Position numbers and translations under genes: made by a program. Below, piece by piece: positions 23,566-32,000 of a stretch of 32,000 nucleotides of DNA. The stretch is from NCBI RefSeq assembly GCF_000008645.1, contig NC_000916.1, positions 990,001 through 1,022,000 on the forward strand. Direction: 5' to 3'. Source of the stretch: Methanothermobacter thermautotrophicus str. Delta H (lineage in GTDB: Archaea > Methanobacteriota > Methanobacteria > Methanobacteriales > Methanothermobacteraceae). The stretch's first letter is position 1, and every line of letters starts with the position of its first letter. The notes under the pieces are model-generated. The model was not told the origin of the DNA, ran no database searches, and was given only the letters and a program-made list of their open reading frames with translations.

Positions 23566-24411
23566 TCAGGAAAGGCCTGTGAGTGCTGTGATGGTCCCGC
23601 TGCCAGCTGCAAAGGCGATGAATGTCAGGGCCATGCCTACCTTTATCATCCTTGATACCCGGGATGCTGTGGCCCTATCCTGACCCCTGAGGATCATTAT
23701 GGCTGCCCTTAGAAAAACAGCCACTGCTAGTAGGAGTACAGGAATATAGAGAGCTGAGAATATCCCTAGGAGGTAGAGGCTGGGACTTGTGAGGCTGGCG
23801 ATCAGCATGAAGGAGGCTGCCAGGACCCCTGAAATCCTCATCCCGTGGGTTATGGGGAGTGTTGTTGCACCCTCAGCCCGGTCCCCCTCAACATCCTCCA
23901 TGTCCTTGACAATCTCCCTCGCCATGGTCATCAGGAAGGCATAGAAGCCCAGGAGGATTGAAGCCCTCACCTCCCCCAGGACTATGCCCCCGAAGACGAA
24001 GCTGAGGCCCGTTAGGAAGGATATCGTAATGTTACCCACCAGGCACCTTTTCTTGAGGCGCCATGCATAGTAGACCATGAGAAGTGAACTTGAGACCACA
24101 ACGAGTCCCGGGAGCAGGCCAAGGTAGAACCCCATCAGGGACGCCAGAGCAAATAGTATGATTGAGTAAACCCCTGCAACGCCCCTGCTGATCCTCCCTG
24201 ATGGTATGGGACGTTCTGGCCTGTTTATGGCATCTATTTCATGGTCAAAGTAGTCATTGATAACATTACCTGCACCCGTGGCTGTGAAAACAACCACAGA
24301 TGCCAGGAGAACACTGAAATCGAATCTGCCCGTGATGAGGGCCATCAGCATAACTGTTATCACCGCCATGACGGCATTTACGGGTCTGAGTATCTCTATA
24401 TATGGATTCAT
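23566..24411 (-). CDS. UbiA-family prenyltransferase, probably digeranylgeranylglyceryl phosphate synthase (archaeal lipid synthesis)
   Basis: This 281-aa polytopic membrane protein has the first Asp-rich motif NVINDYFDHEIDAINRPERPIPSG and a second acidic motif KDMEDVEGD. Confidence 0.8.
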   Translation of the reverse strand: MNPYIEILRPVNAVMAVITVMLMALITGRFDFSVLLASVVVFTATGAGNVINDYFDHEIDAINRPERPIPSGRISRGVAGVYSIILFALASLMGFYLGLLPGLVVVSSSLLMVYYAWRLKKRCLVGNITISFLTGLSFVFGGIVLGEVRASILLGFYAFLMTMAREIVKDMEDVEGDRAEGATTLPITHGMRISGVLAASFMLIASLTSPSLYLLGIFSALYIPVLLLAVAVFLRAAIMILRGQDRATASRVSRMIKVGMALTFIAFAAGSGTITALTGLS

Positions 24412-24504
24412 ATGGAAACCTCCTCTTGAACCGGTAAAATCTCATCACCTCAGGTTAAAACTGAAGTCTGTCAGTTTGTTATCCTCCACCGTAAATTGGA
24501 ATCA

Positions 24505-24601
24505 GAGCCATCCAGACCAGGTCAAATCAAAACCCTCATGGAAGCGGATAGTGTGGGCTGGGATGTACCCGAGCCAGCCAGACCAGGTCAAATCAAAACC
24601 C
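24505..24601. repeat. 31-bp direct repeat pair, 66 bp apart, in a divergent promoter region
   Basis: GAGCCATCCAGACCAGGTCAAATCAAAACCC lies at 24505-24535 and GAGCCAGCCAGACCAGGTCAAATCAAAACCC at 24571-24601, with 30/31 identity. Confidence 0.9.
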
Positions 24602-24631
24602 ACTTATATCTTGAATTACTTCATAAATCCT

Positions 24632-25291
24632 ATGACTGGCAGTGACATTCTTGGACTCCTGATGGTATATGTATATGTTGCAGTTTTATTACTTGTATCT
24701 GAGAGGTTCCTGGGTGATAGGCCAAATCTAAGCAGAAAGTTTGTACATATAATGGTTGGTAACATCCTATTTATATTACCACTCTTTGAGAGCCGCCTCG
24801 TCATAACATTCCTTGCAGCAGCCCCCTTCATCCTCATAACCTTCCTCCTAAGTCCCTACTCCCCCCTCAGGGTGAAGCACCGTGCCTCATCCTACGGACA
24901 CGGCCTTGGACTCGTATATTATTCCATATCCTGGACCATCCTGGCATACCTCTTCTTTGAGGCCCCCTGGATTACAGGTATAGGGATAGCAGCCATGTCC
25001 TACGGTGACGGGTTCGCAAGCCTGACGGGTGAGAGGTTCGGGAGGACAACCTTCAGTGTCCTGGGGGATAAGAAGAGCCTTGAGGGTTCACTTGGGATGT
25101 TCATCATCCTCCTGGTGATGCTCCCCGTGGTCCTCACCTACTACTCCCAGGGCTTCACCCCGTACCTTATCCTGGGGGTGGCCCTGGTATCAACTGTACT
25201 GGAGGCCCTCACCCCCCGGGGACTCGACAACCTGACTGCTTGCTTCGGGGCTGTTGCAGCATACATCCTACTTGGGGGAATGGGGATTTGA
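24632..25291 (+). CDS. Polyprenol/dolichol-kinase-like CTP-dependent membrane kinase family (COG0170-like)
   Basis: Motifs SRKFVHIMVGN, YGDGFASLTGERFGR and KSLEGSLGMF resemble the dolichol/phytol kinase family. The track ORF starts at 24257, but that extension is antisense to ubiA and spans the intergenic repeats. ATG 24632 has a TATA-like CTTATATC about 25 nt upstream. Confidence 0.6.
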   Translation: MTGSDILGLLMVYVYVAVLLLVSERFLGDRPNLSRKFVHIMVGNILFILPLFESRLVITFLAAAPFILITFLLSPYSPLRVKHRASSYGHGLGLVYYSISWTILAYLFFEAPWITGIGIAAMSYGDGFASLTGERFGRTTFSVLGDKKSLEGSLGMFIILLVMLPVVLTYYSQGFTPYLILGVALVSTVLEALTPRGLDNLTACFGAVAAYILLGGMGI

Positions 25292-25890
25292 GGTTCATAG
25301 TGATTGACGGCCTCGACGGAGCAGGGAAGGACACCCACGCGGAGCTGATAAGGAGGAGGTACCTTGAGAGGGGTGAGCATGTCGTCTTCAGGTCCCACCC
25401 CGAGGATGACAACCCCTATGGTAAGAGGGCTAGGGAGGCCCTCCTCAGGGGTGGTAAGGTTAACCACATCAGGGCAGCCATATTCTACGCCCTGGACGTC
25501 ATAAGGTCCCTGTGGCTCTACCACTGGCGCTCCAATCCCGGACCGGATACACTCATATTCTCAAGGTACCTCATGGGTGTCGCCTACCTCCCTGGGCCCC
25601 TCTCATCAGTACTTTACCGTCTGCTATCAAGGGTTCTGCCCACAACAGAGTACATGTTCTTCCTGGACGTTTCCCCTGAGGAGTCCCTGAGGCGGCTGAT
25701 GGAGAGGGATGAACATGAAATGTTTGAAAACCTCGATGACCTCACCAGCACCCGGGAGAAGGCCCTCAGACTTGCAGATGGATGGTACATCATAAACACC
25801 GAGGACCCCATCGAGGACGTGCAGAGTAGGATTGATGAGATCCTGGACAGACTTGACGGTGATGTATATGAAGATAACGTGCCTTGTTGA
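25288..25890 (+). CDS. Thymidylate-kinase-family P-loop kinase
   Basis: IVIDGLDGAGKDT resembles the Tmk P-loop IVIEGLEGAGKTT. FFLDVSPEESLRRL resembles LYLDVTPEVGLKR. TTG 25288 overlaps the upstream stop (TTGA), whereas the track start 25240 lies inside the previous gene. Confidence 0.6.
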   Translation: MRFIVIDGLDGAGKDTHAELIRRRYLERGEHVVFRSHPEDDNPYGKRAREALLRGGKVNHIRAAIFYALDVIRSLWLYHWRSNPGPDTLIFSRYLMGVAYLPGPLSSVLYRLLSRVLPTTEYMFFLDVSPEESLRRLMERDEHEMFENLDDLTSTREKALRLADGWYIINTEDPIEDVQSRIDEILDRLDGDVYEDNVPC

Positions 25891-26650
25891 GGATAGGGCA
25901 AGACCACCCCTCCGGGCCGAGCATGGACTGTCACTCCACATTGAGGGTGATGTGAACATACTCTTTGATACCGGTCAGAGCGGACTCTTCATGGAGAATG
26001 CTGAGCTGCTTGGTGTTGACCTGGGGGATGTGGACCTGGCCATCCTTTCCCATGGACACTACGACCATGGCGGCGGCCTGACCCATTTCATGGAGATAAA
26101 TGAAAACACTGAGGTATTAACCGGTGAAGGAGCGTTCAGGGGGCGATGGGCTGTTGAGGACGGTGCTGAGAGGTTCATAGGAATTGAGGAGATAACAGAT
26201 CCCAGGATAAGGCTCATTGATGAGGATACGGTGATCCATGAGGGCTACACCATCCTGAAGGGTTTCAGTGGTCCATTCAGAAGACCCCTGGGTAACAGGA
26301 CCCTCTTCATGGAGTCAGCGCAGGGTCTGGTTCCTGACACCTTCGATGATGAACTGGTCCTTGTCATTGATGGTCAGGGTGGGCTTACTGTTGTGACCGG
26401 TTGCTCACATAATGGCATACTGAACATACTGGGCACTGTGCGGGACCATTTCCCTGACAGGGAGATTGGAACGGTCGTGGGGGGCCTCCATATCTCAGGG
26501 GATGCACTGTATGTGGCCAGTGAGATCCAGGAATTTGAGGTTGGAAAGATTTACACGGGCCACTGCACCTCAGAGGAGGCATTTAAAGTTCTGGGCAGAT
26601 CATGTAATGTAAATGTGCTCAGAACAGGAACTGTCATCGAGGTTGATTAA
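25868..26650 (+). CDS. Metallo-beta-lactamase-fold protein (COG1237 / DHPS-like MBL family)
   Basis: It has the HxHxDH motif ILSHGHYDHGGGL, a later GCSHNG, and C-terminal TGHCT. ATG 25868 (MKITCLVEDR) overlaps the upstream gene by 23 nt. Confidence 0.7.
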   Translation: MKITCLVEDRARPPLRAEHGLSLHIEGDVNILFDTGQSGLFMENAELLGVDLGDVDLAILSHGHYDHGGGLTHFMEINENTEVLTGEGAFRGRWAVEDGAERFIGIEEITDPRIRLIDEDTVIHEGYTILKGFSGPFRRPLGNRTLFMESAQGLVPDTFDDELVLVIDGQGGLTVVTGCSHNGILNILGTVRDHFPDREIGTVVGGLHISGDALYVASEIQEFEVGKIYTGHCTSEEAFKVLGRSCNVNVLRTGTVIEVD

Positions 26651-26762
26651 AAAAAGACCCGTGGCGACATCAAACATTACCCTGCTTAACCTGTTGAAAA
26701 CAAAGCAGCTCTGGAACTCAGGTGACCGGTTCAGCACTCCCTTAATAGCTGCAAGCATGCGC

Positions 26763-27023
26763 TCATATCAGGTACATGGTAATTATAACTAATGTAATTA
26801 AAATTATGAGCAAGCTCCAGTATAAAGGATGATCATATTTTGATCCCTTCTCCCCTCTCCTTCCTGGAATGACGGTGAATGCCCAGTAGATGATTATATA
26901 GACGAGAACATCCCTGGATAGGATATCTGATGGGATGAGAAGAAGATTCTTCAGTACAATAACTAATCCCACCAGACAAAGTCCCGCCACTAGGGATACC
27001 TTATTCTGGTCTGATAGTCTCAT
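26763..27023 (-). CDS. Small hypothetical membrane protein (86 aa, about 3 hydrophobic segments)
   Basis: The only support is the ORF and its hydrophobic segment pattern. No convincing SD or promoter geometry is present. Confidence 0.35.
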   Translation of the reverse strand: MRLSDQNKVSLVAGLCLVGLVIVLKNLLLIPSDILSRDVLVYIIIYWAFTVIPGRRGEKGSKYDHPLYWSLLIILITLVIITMYLI

Positions 27024-27501
27024 GATCTATCATTTTTATATCGGCAGGTACATAACTGTAACCCTGATCTCCGCCGACCAGGATGGGGCTCCTATGATCC
27101 TCAGTTGAATGGGCTGGAGTTAATTTAATTGCTAAGGTTTCAGCTGGCTTCTAACCTCTAAAATCTCGAAGATCATAGCATTCTCTCAAAAATAGCCGAT
27201 GCATATGCTTGAATACAGGGAGTGCATGGAATCCGGCGGTTATGACTACAAATCTCAAACTGGCCCCATGGAGTGCATTGAGGACCGGAATTCAAATTTT
27301 TTTTTAACAGTAAATAGCCGGCTAGCTTACCTCTACCTTTTTTCTTCTGAAACCCATGCCTCATCATCAGTTGCCATCCAGGCCACCTGACGCTACGGAC
27401 AGTTCATTAAATAATATCTTATCGGAGAAAGGAGGGATGATATATGACAAAAAGAATCCGCACCGTGATATTTATTAAATCATATCTCCATATATATCAA
27501 C

Positions 27502-28377
27502 ATGAGAGGCTGGGTTCTGTTTATCATCGTACTCATAACCATTACCTGTGCCTCAGCTGCATACTCACATCAGCCGAGGCTGGTAACAGGGTCAGATGAG
27601 GTCATTGTACAGAACCCTGAAGTTTCACAGGCATTCTACGGTGAGCTGAAGGGAAAACCTGTCTACTTCAGGATAACGTCAGAGAGTCCCTTCAGGTTAT
27701 ACGTGAACATACTTGTCCCCTACTCTCCAGATGCAGAGCCCGTGTATGTGGACATAATAAGGGGTGACGGTAAGGTCATAGGGACCCTCAAGGGTAACAT
27801 CAGCACCTGGGAGCCCTACTTTGAAGAATTCGGTGGCGACTACTACCTCAAGGGCCCGGAGTTCAACGGTACCGTTGATGCAGGCACATACCGGCTGAAG
27901 GTATACAGTCCCGCAAACAGGGAAAAGTTCTCCCTTGCTGTGGGTAGCATTGAATCCTTCCCACCGGATGAGTCCCTGAAGGCACTGGTGCTGCTCCCGG
28001 TGCTTAAATCAGAGATATTCCAGGTGCCGGTCATTCTCCTCTTCACACAGTTCCTGGGCATGATACTGGGTATGGGATCATTCACAGTTATCCTGCTACT
28101 CTCACGGCTGAAACTCGGATCAGAGGATGTTTACAGGCCACTTGTTAAGCTGGGGTGGGCCGGGATCATCCTGACGGCCGTTGCCTGGATACTAACCTAC
28201 ATTAAAAACCCCCTCAACATACTGGGTAACGTTGAAAACCTCATTCTAATATTGATCATAATTTTAACCTGGCGCTTCAATGCAGCCCTCCCCGATTATC
28301 AGAGATTCAGGGGTCCCTTCACGCTACTTATGTGGCTCCTCTTCCTCCTGATAAGGGTGAGCCTCATCTTCTACTGA
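27502..28377 (+). CDS. Hypothetical exported/membrane protein with an N-terminal signal peptide and a C-terminal multi-TM region
   Basis: MRGWVLFIIVLITITCASAAY looks like a signal peptide. A soluble domain of about 150 aa follows, then about 4 hydrophobic helices. A TATA-like TTTATTAAAT lies about 25 nt upstream of the ATG, which suggests a leaderless mRNA. Confidence 0.6.
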   Translation: MRGWVLFIIVLITITCASAAYSHQPRLVTGSDEVIVQNPEVSQAFYGELKGKPVYFRITSESPFRLYVNILVPYSPDAEPVYVDIIRGDGKVIGTLKGNISTWEPYFEEFGGDYYLKGPEFNGTVDAGTYRLKVYSPANREKFSLAVGSIESFPPDESLKALVLLPVLKSEIFQVPVILLFTQFLGMILGMGSFTVILLLSRLKLGSEDVYRPLVKLGWAGIILTAVAWILTYIKNPLNILGNVENLILILIIILTWRFNAALPDYQRFRGPFTLLMWLLFLLIRVSLIFY

Positions 28378-28569
28378 TCTGGAAGCGTTAATCCTACTGC
28401 TTCTGTGATTATCCCCTCATCAGGACATATAAAATGAGTGCGCAGATTCCTATGCAATTGAGAGGTTTCAGGGAAGGGCGAAACATTTAATAGTTTAATA
28501 TGCAAATCTTAAAAAGTAGGTTGATCAATTTATAGCCTTGATTTTATGATTATCACAAGTCTCTGAAAG

Positions 28570-29676
28570 GTGTTTCAATTGGATAAGATAAAGATCGCGA
28601 TAGTAGGTGTGGGAAACTGTGCCAGCTCCCTGATTCAGGGGATATACTATTACCGTAATAAGGGTGCCGGTGACTCGATAGGTCTCATGCACTGGGATAT
28701 AGGCGGCTATGAACCCGGCGATATTGAGGTCGTTGCTGCCTTCGATATTGATAGGCGGAAGGTTGGCCGGGATGTGAGTGAGGCCATATTCGCCCCACCA
28801 AACTGTACAGCAGTCTTCTGCGATGACGTCCCGGAAATGGGTGTTGAGGTGTCCATGGGGCATGTCCTTGATGGTGTGGCCCCCCACATGAAGGACTACC
28901 CTGAAAAACAGACCTTCGTGGTTGCGGATGAGGAACCCGTGGATGTCGTTGAGGTCCTCCGGGAGAGCGGGGCTGAGATACTCCTCAACTATCTGCCGGT
29001 GGGTTCAGAGGAGGCCGCAAGGTTCTATGCCCGCTGCGCCCTTGAGGCGGGGGTAGCCTACATAAACAACATGCCTGTATTCATTGCAAGTGACCCTGAA
29101 TGGGCTGCCAGATTCCAGGAGAAGGGCATACCCATAGTCGGTGATGACATAAAGGCCCAGCTGGGGGCCACCATAACCCACAGGACCCTCACAAACCTCT
29201 TCAAGAGGAGGGGTGTTAAACTCGACCGCACCTACCAGATAAACACTGGTGGGAACACTGATTTCCTCAACATGCTGAACCGTGACCGTCTGGACTCAAA
29301 GAAGGAGTCCAAGACCGAAGCTGTCCAGTCAATACTTGGTGAGGACCGCCTGGATGATGAGAACATCCACATAGGGCCAAGTGACTACATACCCTGGCAG
29401 AAGGATAACAAGATCTGCTTCCTGAGGATGGAGGGCAGGCTCTTCGGGGACGTCCCCATGAACCTTGAGCTCAGGCTGAGTGTTGAGGATTCCCCCAACT
29501 CTGCGGGCTGTGTTATTGACGCCATAAGGTGCTGCAAGCTGGCCATTGACCGGGGTATCGGTGGGCCCCTGACCTCCATATCATCCTATACAATGAAGCA
29601 TCCCCCGGTCCAGTACACTGACGACGTGGCAGCGCGTATGGTGGATGAATTCATTGCCGGTGAAAGGGAGAGATAA
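28570..29676 (+). CDS. myo-Inositol-1-phosphate synthase (archaeal short type)
   Basis: This 368-aa ORF has an NAD-binding N-terminus, [18 protein letters not shown], together with [13 protein letters not shown] and [16 protein letters not shown], all typical of MIPS. Confidence 0.88.
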   Translation: MFQLDKIKIAIVGVGNCASSLIQGIYYYRNKGAGDSIGLMHWDIGGYEPGDIEVVAAFDIDRRKVGRDVSEAIFAPPNCTAVFCDDVPEMGVEVSMGHVLDGVAPHMKDYPEKQTFVVADEEPVDVVEVLRESGAEILLNYLPVGSEEAARFYARCALEAGVAYINNMPVFIASDPEWAARFQEKGIPIVGDDIKAQLGATITHRTLTNLFKRRGVKLDRTYQINTGGNTDFLNMLNRDRLDSKKESKTEAVQSILGEDRLDDENIHIGPSDYIPWQKDNKICFLRMEGRLFGDVPMNLELRLSVEDSPNSAGCVIDAIRCCKLAIDRGIGGPLTSISSYTMKHPPVQYTDDVAARMVDEFIAGERER

Positions 29677-29694
29677 TCCCTTCACAGAATTCTC

Positions 29695-29700
29695 TTTTTT
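29695..29700 (+). terminator. Oligo-T (T6) terminator candidate downstream of the MIPS gene
   Basis: CTCTTTTTT lies 19 nt after the stop codon. The opposite-strand gene has a T8 tract (plus-strand A8 at 29755-29762). Confidence 0.4.
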
Positions 29701-29719
29701 AAAAATACAACTTTAGAAT

Positions 29720-29801
29720 CCCTGAAAATCTTCTTACCAGAATTCCATACATACAAAAAAAACCTTAGAAACGATCCCCTGAAAATCTTCTTACCAGAAT
29801 T
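29720..29801. repeat. 25-bp perfect direct repeat pair in a convergent intergenic region
   Basis: CCCTGAAAATCTTCTTACCAGAATT occurs at 29720-29744 and 29777-29801. Flanking similarity is C(T/C)TTAGAA upstream and CATA(C/T)A downstream. Confidence 0.9.
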
Positions 29802-29845
29802 ATCATATACAGAAATAAGGAATAAATAAAGGGTCTGTAAGGGAA

Positions 29846-30031
29846 TCAGTCCTCTTCAACCTCTATGCACTCGTTTGGACATACGTCCATGCACACCTCA
29901 CATTCATTGCATTCCTCAGGGTGCTGGACCTCGAGCTTACCATCAACTATTATGAGTACCTCCATCGGGCATACATCAACACATTCTCCACATGCATCAC
30001 ATTCATCATAATCTATGATTATCTTTGCCAT
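29846..30031 (-). CDS. 2x[4Fe-4S] ferredoxin (61 aa)
   Basis: Two CxxCxxCxxxCP clusters are present: CDACGECVDVCP and CNECEVCMDVCP. ATG 30031 (MAKIIIDYD) is preferred over the longer track ORF that starts at 30100. Confidence 0.88.
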   Translation of the reverse strand: MAKIIIDYDECDACGECVDVCPMEVLIIVDGKLEVQHPEECNECEVCMDVCPNECIEVEED

Positions 30032-30207
30032 TTTTGATTCTCCCTTAAAATTCCATGTAAATTTAATTGTTAGGATTATGATTTCATCCCTTATAACCAT
30101 TATACGTTGTAGTACAGAGTTCTGATGAATTAATACATCTGCTGTGTATTTAAGGAAGTTCCTACTATGTATATAAAGAATCTAATTGATCTCATGAGAG
30201 GGTCACG

Positions 30208-31914
30208 ATGAAAGGGATAAAGGTCGTTGAAACAGCATTCAGGGATGCGCACCAGTCACTTCTTGCAACACGCCTCCGTACCCGTGACATGACACCCATC
30301 GCAGAGGAAATGGACCGGGTGGGTTTCTTCTCACTGGAGGCATGGGGCGGTGCAACCTTCGATACCTGCATACGCTACCTGAATGAGGATCCATGGGAGA
30401 GGCTACGGGAACTTAAGGAACACGTGAAAAGGACGCCGATACAGATGCTCCTCAGGGGCCAGAACCTTGTGGGGTACAAGCACTACCCCGATGACATAGT
30501 GAGGAAGTTCATTGAGAAGTCCTATGAAAACGGCGTTGATGTCTTCAGGATATTCGACGCCCTCAATGACATAAGGAACATGGAGTACGCCATAAAGGTC
30601 GCCAGGGAACAGGAAGCCCATGTGCAGGGAGTCATCTGCTACACCATCAGCCCTTATCACACCCTTGAGAGTTATGTGGACTTTGCAAGGGAACTGGAGG
30701 CCCTTGAATGTGACTCCGTTGCAATAAAGGACATGGCAGGCCTAATATCTCCACATGATGCCTACGAACTCGTGAGGGCCCTCAAGGAAGAGACCGACCT
30801 CATGGTGAACCTTCACTGCCACTGCACAAGTGGAATGACACCCATGAGCTACTATGCCGCCTGTGAGGCCGGCGTTGATATACTTGATACCGCCATATCA
30901 CCCCTATCCTGGGGTGCCTCCCAGCCACCCACAGAGAGCATTGTGGCTGCACTCCGGGACACACCCTACGACACGGGCCTTGACCTTGAGATCCTGAAGA
31001 ACATCAAGAAGTACTTCGAGGAGATCCGGAAGAAGTACAGCAGCATCCTCGACCCCATAGCCGAGCAGATCGACACAGACGTCCTCATATACCAGATACC
31101 CGGGGGTATGCTGTCAAACCTTGTTGCGCAGCTCAAGGAGCAGAACGCCCTGGACCGCTATGAGGAGGTCCTCGAGGAGATGCCCCGGGTGAGGAAGGAT
31201 ATGGGTTACCCTCCCCTTGTAACCCCAACCAGTCAGATAGTCGGTATACAGGCCGTTATGAACGTCCTGAGCGGTGAGAGGTACAGCATGGTCACCAATG
31301 AGGTGAAGGACTACTTCCGGGGACTCTACGGCAGACCCCCTGCCCCATTAAATGAGGAGGTCGCAAGGAAGGTCATCGGAGATGAGAAACCCATCGACTG
31401 CAGACCAGCGGACATCCTCAAACCCCAGTATGATGAGTGCAGGAGGAAGGGTGAGGAGATGGGCATAATAGAGAAGGAGGAGGACATACTGACCCTCGCC
31501 CTCTACCCTGCCATTGCACCTAAATTCCTGAGGGGTGAAATCGAGGAGGAGCCCCTGGAGCCCCCGGCAGAGGAGATGGCCCCGACAGGTGAGGTGCCAA
31601 CCGTCTTCCACGTGGAGGTCGATGGTGACGAGTTCGAGGTCAAGGTGGTCCCCACAGGCTACATGACCATCGAGGAAGCTGAACCCGAACCGGTGGATGT
31701 TGAGGGTGCAGTTAAGTCCACCATGCAGGGCATGGTTGTGAAGCTCAAGGTCAGTGAGGGCGACCAGGTGAATGCCGGGGACGTTGTCGCGGTTGTTGAA
31801 GCCATGAAGATGGAGAACGATATCCAGACACCCCACGGTGGTGTTGTTGAGAAGATATACACCGCTGAGGGTGAAAAGGTTGAGACCGGCGACATAATCA
31901 TGGTCATAAAATAA
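30208..31914 (+). CDS. pycB: Pyruvate carboxylase subunit B (carboxyltransferase domain plus a C-terminal biotinyl carrier domain)
   Basis: The 568-aa ORF has an N-terminal TIM-barrel carboxyltransferase signature (VETAFRDAHQSLLATR, IKDMAGL, HCHCTSGM). The C-terminal biotinylation motif is EAMKMEN. Confidence 0.92.
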   Translation: MKGIKVVETAFRDAHQSLLATRLRTRDMTPIAEEMDRVGFFSLEAWGGATFDTCIRYLNEDPWERLRELKEHVKRTPIQMLLRGQNLVGYKHYPDDIVRKFIEKSYENGVDVFRIFDALNDIRNMEYAIKVAREQEAHVQGVICYTISPYHTLESYVDFARELEALECDSVAIKDMAGLISPHDAYELVRALKEETDLMVNLHCHCTSGMTPMSYYAACEAGVDILDTAISPLSWGASQPPTESIVAALRDTPYDTGLDLEILKNIKKYFEEIRKKYSSILDPIAEQIDTDVLIYQIPGGMLSNLVAQLKEQNALDRYEEVLEEMPRVRKDMGYPPLVTPTSQIVGIQAVMNVLSGERYSMVTNEVKDYFRGLYGRPPAPLNEEVARKVIGDEKPIDCRPADILKPQYDECRRKGEEMGIIEKEEDILTLALYPAIAPKFLRGEIEEEPLEPPAEEMAPTGEVPTVFHVEVDGDEFEVKVVPTGYMTIEEAEPEPVDVEGAVKSTMQGMVVKLKVSEGDQVNAGDVVAVVEAMKMENDIQTPHGGVVEKIYTAEGEKVETGDIIMVIK

Positions 31915-32000
31915 AAACCTTCTTTTATATTCTGCCTCTAGTCCGGGACCGTTAAATATATGATTCAGGCCTCAACCATTCCTCTGAAAGAAGCCTGTTT

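Noticed and set aside
24505-24601. Possible orphan or degenerate CRISPR (31-bp repeats 66 bp apart that share CAGACCA with the main repeat)
   Set aside because: Only two copies exist. Similarity to the main repeat is limited to that 7-mer (about 2/8 and 2/15 matches in the flanks). The location fits a divergent promoter better.
24257-24631. N-terminal 125-aa extension of the track ORF 24257-25291
   Set aside because: It overlaps ubiA on the opposite strand and reads through the intergenic 31-bp repeats. The membrane-kinase similarity starts only after the ATG at 24632.
25141-25959. Minus-strand ORFs of 106-127 aa (25141-25524, 25614-25934, 25627-25959)
   Set aside because: They are antisense to the Tmk-like and MBL genes, which carry clear motifs. 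The minus-strand ORFs have no motifs of their own.
27444-27605. 53-codon ORF behind a strong SD-like AAAGGAGGG
   Set aside because: It is out of frame with, and overlaps, the 291-aa ORF, whose N-terminus is a convincing signal peptide. The 53-aa product has no features. It is mentioned only in the gap finding.
28525-28887. 120-aa minus-strand ORF
   Set aside because: It is antisense to the 5' part of the myo-inositol-1-phosphate synthase gene, which has the NAD-binding GVGNCASS motif.
31348-31907. Minus-strand ORFs of 162 aa and 82 aa
   Set aside because: They are antisense shadows inside pycB, whose frame carries the biotinyl-domain AMKM motif.
1-32000. Search for tRNA, rRNA or other classical RNA genes
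   Set aside because: I found no T-loop-like GGTTCRAATCC with a matching acceptor stem, and no rRNA-like segment. The noncoding gaps are described separately.

Overview
The window has two compositionally distinct parts. Part A (1 to about 18.6 kb, visibly AT-richer) is a CRISPR-Cas super-locus, all on the minus strand. It begins with a 24-repeat CRISPR array that runs off the left edge, followed by about 600 bp of AT-rich leader. Next comes a cryptic second repeat array with a 65-bp period. After that is a type III-A (Csm) module, cas10-csm2-csm3-csm4-csm5-csm6. The last block is a type I-B module with the only adaptation genes in the window: cas6-cas8b-small ORF-cas7-cas5-cas3-cas4-cas1-cas2. 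Most neighbouring cas genes overlap by 1-20 nt or are 1 nt apart. The one sizeable gap (about 110 bp, between cas2 and cas10) suggests two transcription units. Three cas genes carry lesions or oddities. csm5 is split by a frameshift at an A7 tract. csm3 carries a 33-bp in-frame tandem duplication. cas6 has no canonical start codon for its N-terminal domain. Part B (18.7-32 kb, GC-richer) is mostly housekeeping. It holds an ABC-2 exporter pair and a kaiC-kaiB operon followed by a MEDS-fragment/rhodanese chimera and a PNPOx-like flavoprotein. It also holds a UbiA-family prenyltransferase divergent from an overlapping trio (polyprenol-kinase-like, thymidylate-kinase-like, MBL-fold). The remaining genes are two membrane proteins, myo-inositol-1-phosphate synthase, a 2x[4Fe-4S] ferredoxin and pyruvate carboxylase subunit B. 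From memory, the repeat sequence and gene content match Methanothermobacter (thermautotrophicus-type); I cannot verify this here. The items I find most worth follow-up are the cryptic mini-array next to csm6, the archaeal KaiC-KaiB operon with its chimeric downstream gene, the start-less cas6 and the stand-alone small ORF between cas8b and cas7.
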